Made by a program: the position numbers and the translations under genes. A stretch of DNA of 64,000 bases from a virus (taxonomy: Duplodnaviria > Heunggongvirae > Uroviricota > Caudoviricetes): the IMG/VR virus record IMGVR_UViG_3300037455_000543, positions 283,136 through 347,135 of that record; one strand, written 5' to 3'. Under the pieces are notes generated by a model. It was not told where the DNA came from. It was given only the letters and a program-made list of their open reading frames with translations, and ran no database searches. Each line of letters opens with the position of its first letter. The stretch's first letter is position 1. Of this stretch, positions 30,606 to 40,249 are shown one piece after another.

Positions 30606-30875
30606 TTAGATTTCTGTTACCTTGATCGTCGCGTCTACCTCGCCGACATATATCTTATCACCTTGTTTGACATAACCGGACTTCTTTGCCGAGGTCAGCT
30701 TGCTCTTGGCCGCACTTGGACTTACAAACTGTGTCGCCTTGGAAACATCTTCCGTCCACGTTGCCCAACCGGGTTTTGAACCCCAGTACAGTCGTTTTTC
30801 GTTGCCGAAATTACGGTTATTTTCACCGGGTTCCAGTACCAATAACCAGTAATGACCTTTTGCTTCAAATTCCAT
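30606..30875 (-). CDS. Hypothetical protein (TxDxxxAxxF family)
   Basis: WTEDVSKATQF. Confidence 0.7.
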   Translation of the reverse strand: MEFEAKGHYWLLVLEPGENNRNFGNEKRLYWGSKPGWATWTEDVSKATQFVSPSAAKSKLTSAKKSGYVKQGDKIYVGEVDATIKVTEI

Positions 30876-30884
30876 AATGCTCCT

Positions 30885-31046
30885 TTATGCTACAGATTCA
30901 AATTTAAAAGCTTCACTACGTTCTTTATGTTTAACAGCACGGCGAATCTTCTTACGACTGCGATTGTGTTTGGGTGTAGACGAATCATGACGATGCTGAA
31001 TACTGTCGTTTTCCAATACACCTCTTAAGAGTTTGTTATTCTGCAT
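30885..31046 (-). CDS. Small basic protein (53 aa)
   Basis: Manual ORF MQNNKLLRG...RSRKKIRRAVKHKER. Confidence 0.6.
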   Translation of the reverse strand: MQNNKLLRGVLENDSIQHRHDSSTPKHNRSRKKIRRAVKHKERSEAFKFESVA

Positions 31047-31048
31047 GA

Positions 31049-31198
31049 TTAGTCCTTAAAAGCCTGACGGTTTTCTTTCTGACGGTTGTACTTCTTCTTA
31101 GACGGAACAGTACGGGTACGGAGTGTCAAACCGTTATTACTGTTCGCAATTCGTTCCGCACGCTGACGGACAGATTCCTTTGCTTGATTGTTCTTCAT
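31049..31198 (-). CDS. Small basic protein (49 aa) with ArfA-like tail
   Basis: Manual ORF ...LRTRTVPSKKKYNRQKE; GAGGTT RBS and promoter. Confidence 0.6.
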   Translation of the reverse strand: MKNNQAKESVRQRAERIANSNNGLTLRTRTVPSKKKYNRQKENRQAFKD

Positions 31199-31281
31199 AA
31201 TAACCTCGTTGATTATATTTATAATATAGAAAAATCCAGAGTTTTCGTAAACCCTGGATATTCTGATTTTTCTTTCAGTTA

Positions 31282-31842
31282 TCAGATACTGTCAAGAATG
31301 TCTTTGAATTCATCCATTTCTCTCTGATCTTTTTCTTCTTTTGTTTCTTTCTTGACCGCAAAGTCATCAACAATCTGAATCAACTGTTCGAGTCCAGCAT
31401 CGACAAGCTCAGACATTTTCTTCTTATCGTACTGTTCATCATCCGCGACAGACTCAACCAACATCTTGAAAGCTCTGAGATGATTCTTCAGTTCCGCTGC
31501 CTCGAGTGTAGTTTTCTTTGGCTCAGGTTTTTCTTCCTTCTTCGGTGCAAGTCCGAAGTATTCAGGATCAGGACAATATCTTGGATTCGGAACACAGACG
31601 GAATGTCCTGTATTCGTCGCATCGTACCACTTGTCCACACTCTTGTTGAACTTGTCCCATGATTCAAACTGCCCAGGTCTATTATCATCAGCACTGAAGT
31701 GATCATCGTATTCGATTGCATCAGGCATGCCCAATGCACGAGTCAAAGCTCTGAATACTGGAGCCATGGTCCTATCAAGTCTGTTATTATAAAGTTTTAC
31801 TTTCTTTGGTTCTTTTTTGGTTTCTTTCTTAGTTTCACTCAT
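31282..31842 (-). CDS. Hypothetical protein, leaderless
   Basis: ATG 7 nt after -10. Confidence 0.75.
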   Translation of the reverse strand: MSETKKETKKEPKKVKLYNNRLDRTMAPVFRALTRALGMPDAIEYDDHFSADDNRPGQFESWDKFNKSVDKWYDATNTGHSVCVPNPRYCPDPEYFGLAPKKEEKPEPKKTTLEAAELKNHLRAFKMLVESVADDEQYDKKKMSELVDAGLEQLIQIVDDFAVKKETKEEKDQREMDEFKDILDSI

Positions 31843-31907
31843 GTTATATAATATAGAAAAAGCCAGAGTTATTGTAAACCCTGGTTTTAGAAATTGTTTT
31901 ATTGTGA

Positions 31908-32300
31908 TTAGTCTTCGTCCTCGTCTTCGTAATTGTATTCAATAGCAACACGTTCGAAAACCTTCTTGTAATCATCACCCTCGACACTGAACTTGTAGAC
32001 TTCATAGGGGTCAGGGTCCATGTAACTGGAGAGCCACATTCTGATGATTCCAGAACAACCGTTTTCCCGGAATGCTCGCTTGAATTCACCAATGAGCTCT
32101 TTCAGCTGTTCGTCGTTTTCGTAACCGCCTTGCATTTCCCAGCGAATTCCCAAGTCATACTTTTCTTTCTTCGGGTCATCAGGAATCCACATATCATAAG
32201 TTTCGTAATAGGAAGTTCCAGGCATTCGAGATGTGTTGATGCACTTAGGGTCGAACTTATCTTTCCAATGAAGGACCTTGACTTCTTTCATATTTGCCAT
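31908..32300 (-). CDS. Hypothetical protein
   Basis: ORF track; RBS. Confidence 0.7.
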   Translation of the reverse strand: MANMKEVKVLHWKDKFDPKCINTSRMPGTSYYETYDMWIPDDPKKEKYDLGIRWEMQGGYENDEQLKELIGEFKRAFRENGCSGIIRMWLSSYMDPDPYEVYKFSVEGDDYKKVFERVAIEYNYEDEDED

Positions 32301-32641
32301 TGTTTATTTCCCCTTTGATTAGTCGACAGACTTCTTTGCAGTTACAAACTTTCTTTTCTTTCGCCAGCACTTGACACAGCAAGCATAACCCATACGAGGC
32401 CAGATCAGACCAAGCTGGTTTGCATACTTGATGTTGTTTTTGCATTCGGTGCAGGGAAGATTCATTTTCATAAGTAACCTCATTGTTATACTTATAATAT
32501 AGTATTTTTATTGGACTTTGTAAGTAATAATTCTGAATTTTCTTACACTCAGTTTTTACTTGTAGAGCCAGCTAGCCACATATGCAGGGTAAAAGAAAAC
32601 GGTCAGCCGGAGCCGACCGTCTTTGGAGGTTAACTAGGACA

Positions 32642-33418
32642 CTAAGCCTTGATAGTTCCCTTGACTTCGATGTCGCCAACCTTGGTGGTGAATTCGTTAT
32701 CAGCGTGAATCTTCAGCACCTTCATGTTGTAGAGCAGTTCGTTGAGCTTCTTGTAATCGCCAACCTGCTTACCGGTCATAGCTGTCTTCAGATTCTTTGC
32801 TGCGTTCGTAGTCTTCGAGGAAAGTCCCTTCAAGTTGACCTTGATTTCGGTATTTGCTTCCACGACAGTGCGGTTAGTCACCGGCTTGTTGTAATAACCG
32901 TCCGGACGAAGACCGAGATAGTTCAGTCGAATCTGTTCCGGGGACATAGCCGGCTTGGGCTGTGCAGTCTTGAACAGGCTTGCCACGAACTTGTTGACCG
33001 ATGCGTTGAAGACTTCCTTGACATCCACAGCGGTCTTGTCAGTCAACGGGAACTGACCGAGATTGACGATGTTGTTCTTGACCGGGACAGTCAGTCGACC
33101 CTGTTCCCACTTATCTTTCGTCATCATCAGGAACTGTTGCTTGAGTTCGCCGTTCTTGACGATAGTAATCGTCCTCATCTGCTTGCAACGGTGTTCCGTG
33201 CCGTTTGCTTCAATCATCTTGCCCGGAATGTCGAACTTGATGTTCAGGTTTCCGGTAGATGCATATTCAACCGAATGAATCGGCCAGCATTCGGTATCGG
33301 CAACGAAACGAGTTCCGTTATCCGCGACTTCGGTGATATTGGAATTGTCGTAGTTGTCGAACGGCTTGCATGCGACGTTAGAGTTTTTGATGGCGGTGAG
33401 AGCTTCGAAAATTGTCAT
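32642..33418 (-). CDS. Hypothetical protein
   Basis: Start at MTIFE after GAGGTTAA. Confidence 0.8.
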   Translation of the reverse strand: MTIFEALTAIKNSNVACKPFDNYDNSNITEVADNGTRFVADTECWPIHSVEYASTGNLNIKFDIPGKMIEANGTEHRCKQMRTITIVKNGELKQQFLMMTKDKWEQGRLTVPVKNNIVNLGQFPLTDKTAVDVKEVFNASVNKFVASLFKTAQPKPAMSPEQIRLNYLGLRPDGYYNKPVTNRTVVEANTEIKVNLKGLSSKTTNAAKNLKTAMTGKQVGDYKKLNELLYNMKVLKIHADNEFTTKVGDIEVKGTIKA

Positions 33419-33648
33419 AGTGTTTAACCTCTTGTTGATGTGTATAATATAGTAAATCATAGGCCTGTTGTCAATGGTTCTATTCTGAACATTTTTCTTC
33501 AGTCATCCAGGCAGTCTATACATGTAAGGCCAGTTAGCTACATGGTTTACATGACTTACTCCGGGTATATGAAAAAAACCAGTCTCTCGGGGTAGAGAAA
33601 CTGGTTTACCTGGTCGAAGGGGGTAAAGGAGATAAAGTGACCAGGGTT

Positions 33649-33957
33649 TTAGATTTCTTCTTTTTCAGCCTTCTGACGCTTGAGCAAAGCCTGTCGCTGA
33701 CGGTAATGCTGCAAACCGAGATCCATGTTCTTCTTGCTGAAACAGCCAGCCCAGAACGGTGCAGACTTCACCATCTTCTTGAGCATGTCCGGTGTGATAG
33801 AACCGGCAATACCGAAACGAGAGTTGAAGTATTCGGCACTGATACCGTGACCGACGTTCTTTTCGGCTTCGGCAACGACCATTCGGTAAAGAGCGTCATT
33901 GCTACCGGTGAACTTTTGAACTTTCTTGGAACAGAGAATTTGACGAAGACTAGACAT
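33649..33957 (-). CDS. Hypothetical basic protein
   Basis: RBS, promoter, terminator. Confidence 0.75.
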   Translation of the reverse strand: MSSLRQILCSKKVQKFTGSNDALYRMVVAEAEKNVGHGISAEYFNSRFGIAGSITPDMLKKMVKSAPFWAGCFSKKNMDLGLQHYRQRQALLKRQKAEKEEI

Positions 33958-34138
33958 AAATAACCTCTTTTGTTGATGTCTTGTTTTATTGTATACTACA
34001 ATATAGTAAAATGTGACTCACCTGTCAATGCGTTCTTTATTGAATAATTTATACAGTTAACCTTAATAGAACCGGTAGATTAAAAGAAAACCGGATGTCC
34101 AAATGACACCCGGTCTTCAGGAGGTTACTTATGGGAAT

Positions 34139-34519
34139 TTACTTTGACATCTTTTCGTTTACAGCTTGCCTGACCTCATGTACCCTGGCTTTTACGGTTG
34201 ATTTCGATTTTTCAGTTTGGGCATTGATTGAATCGACTGCTTTATCTTTCTGTTCTTTCAGACCTTTCACAACTGAATCCGCCTTATTGAGAACGGCTTC
34301 TGTCGCTGAATCCTTGACTTCTGTCGCCTTTGCTGAGACGTCATTCATGACTTCTGTCGTTCCGTCCTTGATTGCATCCGCTACGGAGTCGACGACATTG
34401 TGGGTTGCAGAAACGAAAGCTTCAGTGTTCTTGGGATTATTCGAGAATCCCTGATATGCGAAATAACCGCCGATTGCGATTGCTGCGAGAAGTGCGATGG
34501 TTGCGAGGAACTTTAACAT
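34139..34519 (-). CDS. Membrane-anchored helical protein
   Basis: N-terminal TM, Ala/Lys-rich helix. Confidence 0.75.
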   Translation of the reverse strand: MLKFLATIALLAAIAIGGYFAYQGFSNNPKNTEAFVSATHNVVDSVADAIKDGTTEVMNDVSAKATEVKDSATEAVLNKADSVVKGLKEQKDKAVDSINAQTEKSKSTVKARVHEVRQAVNEKMSK

Positions 34520-34709
34520 ATTTTTTATCTCCTGTTGTTAGTTGTTCGTTGTTGATTATAATATAGTTAATTGAATTACCTTTATACATATATCACTTAG
34601 TAGAATTATTTGTCAGTCAACTTAACTGAATCCGGCTTAACGAAATGTATGTATAAAAAAGAAACCACGGAATTAACCGTGGTTCCAGGTCACAGGACCG
34701 AGAGTCTTG

Positions 34710-35249
34710 TTAGCCGAAGATGGTCTTCAGCAAGTTCACAATCTGCGGAGCCTTTTCCTTGATGTCCTTAGCAACCTTGACAAACTGGTCTTCAGTTTCC
34801 GGTTCAGTTTCCGGTTCCTGTGCAGTTTCAAGTTCGTCGTCCTGGAGTTCAAGGTCAGTTTCCGGGTCGAATTCCGGTTCCGGTTCAATTGCACCGGCGA
34901 CGGTTTCAGCTTCCGGATTTTCTTCCACCTTGCCGACCAGTCCGTCCATTGCACGCTTGTCAGCATCGGCATAAGCCTTGCGGAGACCTGCGAGGATGTC
35001 GTCGACCTGAGCATCGGTCAGTTCGTCCTTGTGTTCCTTGACCAGTTCGAGGGCGGAACGGGCTTCAGTCTGCAGCTTTTCGAGTTCGTCGTCGGTCGGC
35101 TGGATGAGTGCGAGAATCATGCCGTTGCTGGATGCTTCGTTGAGCACCATAGCAATTGCCTTGATTGCTGCAATCTTCTTGTCCTTCGGAGCAGACTTCG
35201 GAGTGCGAAGAGCGGTGATTGCGTTGAGAATTTCGGTTGCGTTTGCCAT
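34710..35249 (-). CDS. Hypothetical acidic protein
   Basis: RBS and promoter; GC-richer codons; EPE repeats. Confidence 0.8.
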   Translation of the reverse strand: MANATEILNAITALRTPKSAPKDKKIAAIKAIAMVLNEASSNGMILALIQPTDDELEKLQTEARSALELVKEHKDELTDAQVDDILAGLRKAYADADKRAMDGLVGKVEENPEAETVAGAIEPEPEFDPETDLELQDDELETAQEPETEPETEDQFVKVAKDIKEKAPQIVNLLKTIFG

Positions 35250-35353
35250 AATTTAACCTCTTGTTGTTTGGCGTTGTTGTTTTCGTTGATGATTATAATA
35301 TAGAAAAAGGGGTGGGGATTTTAAACGGATCCCCTAACCGAATTTTTTACCAG

Positions 35354-35572
35354 TTAGCCCTGGACCGGAGCAACAGCTTCCGCAGTCGGGGCCTTCGGTG
35401 CCTTGGGTGCCTTAAAGACAACCTTGACCAACTTAGCCTTACCGTCTTCGACGACCGGATGAGCGATGGTCACGCGGTTCGCCGTGTAGCGAAGCATGAT
35501 GTCCTGCTTGGTGAGACCGCCGTCGATGAGGGACTGGATGTGTGCCTTGGCCTGTTCAGTGTAGTTCTTCAT
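35354..35572 (-). CDS. Small hypothetical protein
   Basis: AAGGAG RBS; KAPKAPKAP tail. Confidence 0.75.
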   Translation of the reverse strand: MKNYTEQAKAHIQSLIDGGLTKQDIMLRYTANRVTIAHPVVEDGKAKLVKVVFKAPKAPKAPTAEAVAPVQG

Positions 35573-35701
35573 AGTGATTTACTCCTTGAGTTTGTTTTGT
35601 TTGTTGATGTTTTGTTTTGTTGATGTGCTTAATATAGTTAATTTCGTAAGCTTTGTCAATGCGTTTGTGAAGCATTATTTTTTCGCAGTCAACCTTGAGG
35701 T

Positions 35702-35869
35702 TTAGTCTTCAGTTTCGTCTTCAGACACCCATTCAGTTGTACGACACATATCTTCAACTGCATATTCACTCATCTCAGACAAGCATTCGCGAGCAACGGT
35801 TTCCCAATCGAGTTCACCGCTTTCACACTTAGCAAGCAGAGCATTCGTGTATTTTCTTACGTTAACCAT
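35702..35869 (-). CDS. Small phage protein (55 aa)
   Basis: Manual ORF MVNVRKYTNALL...ECLSEMSEYAVEDM. Confidence 0.65.
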   Translation of the reverse strand: MVNVRKYTNALLAKCESGELDWETVARECLSEMSEYAVEDMCRTTEWVSEDETED

Positions 35870-35949
35870 ATTAACCTCATCGTTATGTGCATAATATAGA
35901 AAAAACGAGCTTAATTGAAAGCCCGTTCTATCTTAATATTTTTCCCCAG

Positions 35950-36171
35950 TTATCTCATGTTAAAGGCATCCAGTAATCCGGAGTAGTCCTCGTCAATCTG
36001 TGCCTTCTTAACAGATCTTCTATACTGTGGTGGTTTATAATAACTCTTTTTCTTTTTCGGATGTCTCTGAGTTAATATATATCTGGTTCTTGGCTGTCTG
36101 CGTGCAGAGAGGTTGATTACAGGTTCATCCAGGAGTTCGTCAAGTATTTCAAATATGTCAAATATATTCAT
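35950..36171 (-). CDS. Hypothetical protein
   Basis: Start at MNIFD. Confidence 0.55.
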   Translation of the reverse strand: MNIFDIFEILDELLDEPVINLSARRQPRTRYILTQRHPKKKKSYYKPPQYRRSVKKAQIDEDYSGLLDAFNMR

Positions 36172-36245
36172 ATTATTATATATGAAAAACCCATGGAGAA
36201 TTAACTCCATGGGAAACAAATGACCAACAAAAGGACAAATTATGG

Positions 36246-36536
36246 TCAAATCTTACTCAATGTCGCTTGTATCTCTGTATCTGCATATAGTTCCCAGAAA
36301 TCTGGTTTATCCTGGTTTGCAAGAAGATCCAGCAACAACATATCCCACATGGGATTAACGGGATTATCAATCATCTCATTGATGACGATATCAATCTCAT
36401 GTTCAGAATAAAGCTTTACAAGATTCTTGTATGCGTTATCAGTCGCAATGACTGGAACATTACGATACTTAAGAGAATTTGCGACAATATTCTTTAAACG
36501 GTTAATCTCGTTATAATAGATGTCATTCGTAATCAT
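36246..36536 (-). CDS. Hypothetical protein, leaderless
   Basis: ATG 6 nt after -10. Confidence 0.7.
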   Translation of the reverse strand: MITNDIYYNEINRLKNIVANSLKYRNVPVIATDNAYKNLVKLYSEHEIDIVINEMIDNPVNPMWDMLLLDLLANQDKPDFWELYADTEIQATLSKI

Positions 36537-36601
36537 AATCTTAATATAATAAAATGCAGGGTCAATGTAAACCCTACATATTCTATTTAGCCACCTTCAG
36601 T

Positions 36602-36787
36602 TTACTTAACAGAAAGAACCAACTTTAATACTTGAAGTTCGGCAATTCTCGCTTTCAAATCTCTGACTCGCATCTCGTAGACGAACCTCAGAGATTCCAG
36701 AGCGGAGTTCTTAGGTAAAACACCAGAGTTAATGATCTTGATTGCGTTTTCGAATTTTTCTTTCTTTTCAATGAGTTCTTTAATCAT
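36602..36787 (-). CDS. Hypothetical protein
   Basis: GGAG RBS. Confidence 0.65.
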   Translation of the reverse strand: MIKELIEKKEKFENAIKIINSGVLPKNSALESLRFVYEMRVRDLKARIAELQVLKLVLSVK

Positions 36788-37046
36788 TGAGTATCTCCAT
36801 TAGTTAAGGTTTATACTATATTATCGTATTTGGAGATAAAAATGTAAAGTATTATAATATATCTGTCAATATCATTATACCTAGAATAAGGAATACGACA
36901 AACATTGCAGCTACAATACTACCTGCTGACGTTCCATAAATGAATGCTTCTGCATTTCCAGCATTCTGGGCAGCTGTGATCACCATCGCGGTCTGTAAGT
37001 CATGCATAATCGCCTCCTTGTTTTATTTATCTATTGAGGGTCCTCT

Positions 37047-37160
37047 AAAAATAACAAAACCCTGTGACCATCATCACAGGGTTCCGACATTGTTTCCAAC
37101 CCGAGGTCAATATCGGCAAACCTCGCCGGGCTGGTCAAAAAGGAGCCACCAGACACCGGA
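37047..37160 (-). ncRNA. Candidate three-hairpin small RNA ending in an intrinsic terminator
   Basis: Stems 37126-37159 and 37084-37116 with C/U-rich loops; terminator stem 37058-37083 plus U-tract. Confidence 0.45.
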
Positions 37161-37173
37161 ATTCAAAAATGGA

Positions 37174-37289
37174 TGGTAGCAATGGCAGGACTCGAACCTA
37201 CAACCCGCTGGTTACAAGCCAAAAATAGGAACAGTCAATGCATTACTGCGGACAGTAAGTAAGCTGCTCTACCATTGAGCTACATTGCA
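37174..37289 (-). tRNA. tRNA-Thr(UGU) interrupted by a 41-nt insertion in the anticodon stem
   Basis: TGCAATG-TAGCTCAATGGTAGAGCA-GC[41 nt]TGG-CTTGTAA-CCAGC...GGTTCGAGTCC...CATTGCT-A-CCA. Confidence 0.7.
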
Positions 37290-37366
37290 CCATCTGCAAA
37301 AGTAGGCGGGGTGTATGAACCGTAAAAATAATTGTTATTAATAGGAACACCCTGTGCCTTAATTTC

Positions 37367-37567
37367 TTAGTCACACTCTCGGTTGATGATATACTTCTGC
37401 TTGATTTCATCAGGAGCATCAATCAGTTCAACCTTGATGTCACCAACTGCTTCCTTCTGAACATCAGCCAGCATGATTTCCTTTGCGGCATCATACTCTT
37501 CATCTGTTGCACTATCAGGCAATGCGAATTGGCGCTTTACAGTGTAAGTTACTTCAAACTTCTTCAT
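37367..37567 (-). CDS. Hypothetical protein
   Basis: RBS and promoter. Confidence 0.7.
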   Translation of the reverse strand: MKKFEVTYTVKRQFALPDSATDEEYDAAKEIMLADVQKEAVGDIKVELIDAPDEIKQKYIINRECD

Positions 37568-37654
37568 TATTTATTCTCCTTTCGTTGTTGATTGTATTGT
37601 TAATATAATAAATTATTCTACTCTTGTAAACCCTCAATGAGGGATTATTTTTTA

Positions 37655-37810
37655 TCAGTCATCCTCATCATCTTCTACCGGTTCCTCGTCATCGTAGACG
37701 GAATCATATCCGCATTCAGGACATTCCCATCCTTCAACCAACTGGTGATCGATATGCGGATCATCAGTAATCATTCTTTTGAGCTTTGCATCACAGTTAG
37801 GACATCTCAT
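37655..37810 (-). CDS. Small Zn-ribbon protein (51 aa)
   Basis: MRCPNC...WECPECG, acidic tail. Confidence 0.65.
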   Translation of the reverse strand: MRCPNCDAKLKRMITDDPHIDHQLVEGWECPECGYDSVYDDEEPVEDDEDD

Positions 37811-37822
37811 AGTTAATTCTCC

Positions 37823-38044
37823 TTAAAGGTTACCCATCCTGTTTTTCTGTAATGCGCTTAAAACAATTGCAGGCATTACTGCAAAATCTGTAATGTCAAC
37901 CTTCGTTTGCTGTGTAATGTCTTCAACACTATATGTTCCGGTTTCGGCAATAAAATCACCTACCTTACAAGCATCAGTTTCTGAAAGTTGTGTTTTAGAC
38001 GTTATTTCAACAGGAATAAATACCATTTTTGTAAATTCAGCCAT
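37823..38044 (-). CDS. Hypothetical protein
   Basis: N-terminus resembles 43044..43268. Confidence 0.7.
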   Translation of the reverse strand: MAEFTKMVFIPVEITSKTQLSETDACKVGDFIAETGTYSVEDITQQTKVDITDFAVMPAIVLSALQKNRMGNL

Positions 38045-38280
38045 AATTAACTCCTTATTGGTTATGTTCTTAATATAGAAAAAGATGTGGCTATTGTAAA
38101 CCACATCCTTATCTTATATTCTGTTCAGTTATCTTATGGAAGTTCTATATGGAATACGAAATAACTGCTTCCCGGTTTATTCGTGATGTTAACAATTCTT
38201 CCGTCATATTCATTATACACGAACTGCAACATATCGAGTTCGTCTTTGGTAAGGTTAATCGAATATACCATTATTACTCC

Positions 38281-38697
38281 TTATAACTTATACATTGCAC
38301 AGATTTTAGTGAACATTTCAAATGCGGATTCTGCTTCATGAGGTTCATAAATGAAATACTTGGTACAGCCGACAGATTCTTCTTCGTTTTCGTATTCCAA
38401 GGAAATAACATATCCGTCCTTCAGAACTTCGTAACCGTTACCATTGTTTTTACTGTCCGACCACCGCATCTGTCTCAGCATACCCTTTTCAAGGAGTTCA
38501 AGAGTAACAAAGACATTGGAAAAATGGTTTGTCTTAACGGTTTTACCATGCTTAAATTCCGTGGTCGGAATATTGATTTTACCTTCAAAGTGATTCAACT
38601 TAATGGTATCGATATGGTCAAAGAAATCTTGTTCGTTTTCAATAAAAGTCTTTTTCTCAGAAACATATTCATCGAGTCGCATACTGTATTGAGCCAT
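38281..38697 (-). CDS. Hypothetical protein
   Basis: RBS and promoter. Confidence 0.75.
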   Translation of the reverse strand: MAQYSMRLDEYVSEKKTFIENEQDFFDHIDTIKLNHFEGKINIPTTEFKHGKTVKTNHFSNVFVTLELLEKGMLRQMRWSDSKNNGNGYEVLKDGYVISLEYENEEESVGCTKYFIYEPHEAESAFEMFTKICAMYKL

Positions 38698-38783
38698 GGT
38701 TTAATCTCCTTATTGGTTATGTTTATAATATAGAAAAAGATGTGGCTATTGTAAGCCACATCCTTAAAGTTATTTTGCTTTAG

Positions 38784-39062
38784 TCAGCTATTCATTCGTT
38801 TCCGGAATTCCTTGAAGTCTTCAGATACCGGCATGTATTCACCATGAATATAGACAGTCTTATCGTCATCACCGTAATAGAATAACACGTCTTCTTGATA
38901 CATATCAGACGAAGTGACTCTTGCTTTGATGGTATTATTCTTATTCCACTGTTCACTTAACCAGTAGATATACATATCCGGCAAACGACGTTCAATAAGT
39001 TTTTTAGTCTTATTGACATCATGTTTTTCAGACCAGGGTTTGCGACATTCGTAATACGGCAT
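38784..39062 (-). CDS. Hypothetical protein
   Basis: AAGGAGG RBS. Confidence 0.7.
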   Translation of the reverse strand: MPYYECRKPWSEKHDVNKTKKLIERRLPDMYIYWLSEQWNKNNTIKARVTSSDMYQEDVLFYYGDDDKTVYIHGEYMPVSEDFKEFRKRMNS

Positions 39063-39174
39063 AATTGCCTCCTTTAATTAAGGGTTATTACGTTATCATC
39101 GCTCTCCATATTATAATATAGAAAAAGATGTAGCCATTGTAAGCTACATCCTTAAGGTTGTTTTGTTTCAGTTA

Positions 39175-39594
39175 TCAATAATCATCGTGATAGGAACAGA
39201 CGAACCCCATGTGGTCGTATGCACGTTCTATTGCGTTCAACTTGTCACTTTCTTTCACAATGATCTTCTTTTGAAGTTTATCTTCCAGATAATAAAGTTC
39301 TTTACCTTTTGCTCCGATAAACAATCCTGGACGTCTTACCCAGATAGTAATTTTGTTCCATCCACGTCTTACCTTGACAATTCCACTGTCCTTCATGTAC
39401 GCATATGCCTTTTCCGGCGACCCGAAATGATTGATCATATTATAATACATGGAGATAAGAATTGTCTCTGCTGGAAAGATAAAGCGATAAACCGCTCGGA
39501 AAAAGAGATAGGTATAGACTTTGATGTCATCCCAGAGAGTGATCTTGATTCCGAGACGTTCAGACCGTTCTTTTCTTGATTCGCTTCCAAACAT
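39175..39594 (-). CDS. KH-domain (uS3-like) RNA-binding protein
   Basis: ITIWVRRPGLFIGAKGKEL (GxxG loop; cf. RPGIVIGKKG of RpsC). Confidence 0.65.
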   Translation of the reverse strand: MFGSESRKERSERLGIKITLWDDIKVYTYLFFRAVYRFIFPAETILISMYYNMINHFGSPEKAYAYMKDSGIVKVRRGWNKITIWVRRPGLFIGAKGKELYYLEDKLQKKIIVKESDKLNAIERAYDHMGFVCSYHDDY

Positions 39595-39612
39595 ATTAGA
39601 CTCCTGTTTGAA

Positions 39613-40164
39613 CTATTTTGTTGAAATATTATAATTACCAGACCATGCTTGAAAATTACTTCTATCACCTGATGATGGTATAATGGATAATATAGTTCCA
39701 GTGCATTCAATAGAATCCATACCTCCATGCCAAACACCATCTATTGAATTTGAACTTTCTTGCTGTTCATAAGCATTAAAATAAAAATAAACTGTTTTAG
39801 TTGTATTTGTTTCAGATTTACCATTAACCATACATTTTATTGTATAGTTTATTGCTACTGACATGTTATATTCAGTATTATTTTTCATTACAAGGTGGGC
39901 ATAGTTTGAAGATTTTGTTATACCAACATATACTAAATCTGTCATGAAGTAATGTTTTTTAATTTCTGTTTTATTAGAAGATGATGATATCAACCAATTA
40001 TTATAATAAGATGATGAACTTAAAATATCACAGCCGAGCAACATATATTTTTCACAATCTGATTGATTTTCATAATTTTCAATATCAGATTCAGTTACAC
40101 TTGTTCCTGTATCAACAGCGCATCCATAAATAAATAGCATTAAACAAATAATTAAATATTTCAT
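39613..40164 (-). CDS. Putative lipoprotein with Ser-rich linker (AT-rich island)
   Basis: MKYLIICLMLFIYGC; SSSS runs. Confidence 0.7.
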   Translation of the reverse strand: MKYLIICLMLFIYGCAVDTGTSVTESDIENYENQSDCEKYMLLGCDILSSSSYYNNWLISSSSNKTEIKKHYFMTDLVYVGITKSSNYAHLVMKNNTEYNMSVAINYTIKCMVNGKSETNTTKTVYFYFNAYEQQESSNSIDGVWHGGMDSIECTGTILSIIPSSGDRSNFQAWSGNYNISTK

Positions 40165-40249
40165 TATAACTCCTTTATTTTTATATAATATAGAAAAAGA
40201 TGACATTATTATAAATGTCATCTTTTAATTTTTTTCTATTCAGTTAACA

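Noticed and set aside
37084-37173. HDV-like theta ribozyme after tRNA-Thr
   Set aside because: Could not build the nested double pseudoknot or find the catalytic-C junction
37240-37350. GTG-initiated Thr-codon leader running into tRNA-Thr
   Set aside because: Only three scattered cognate codons, a weak start and no terminator
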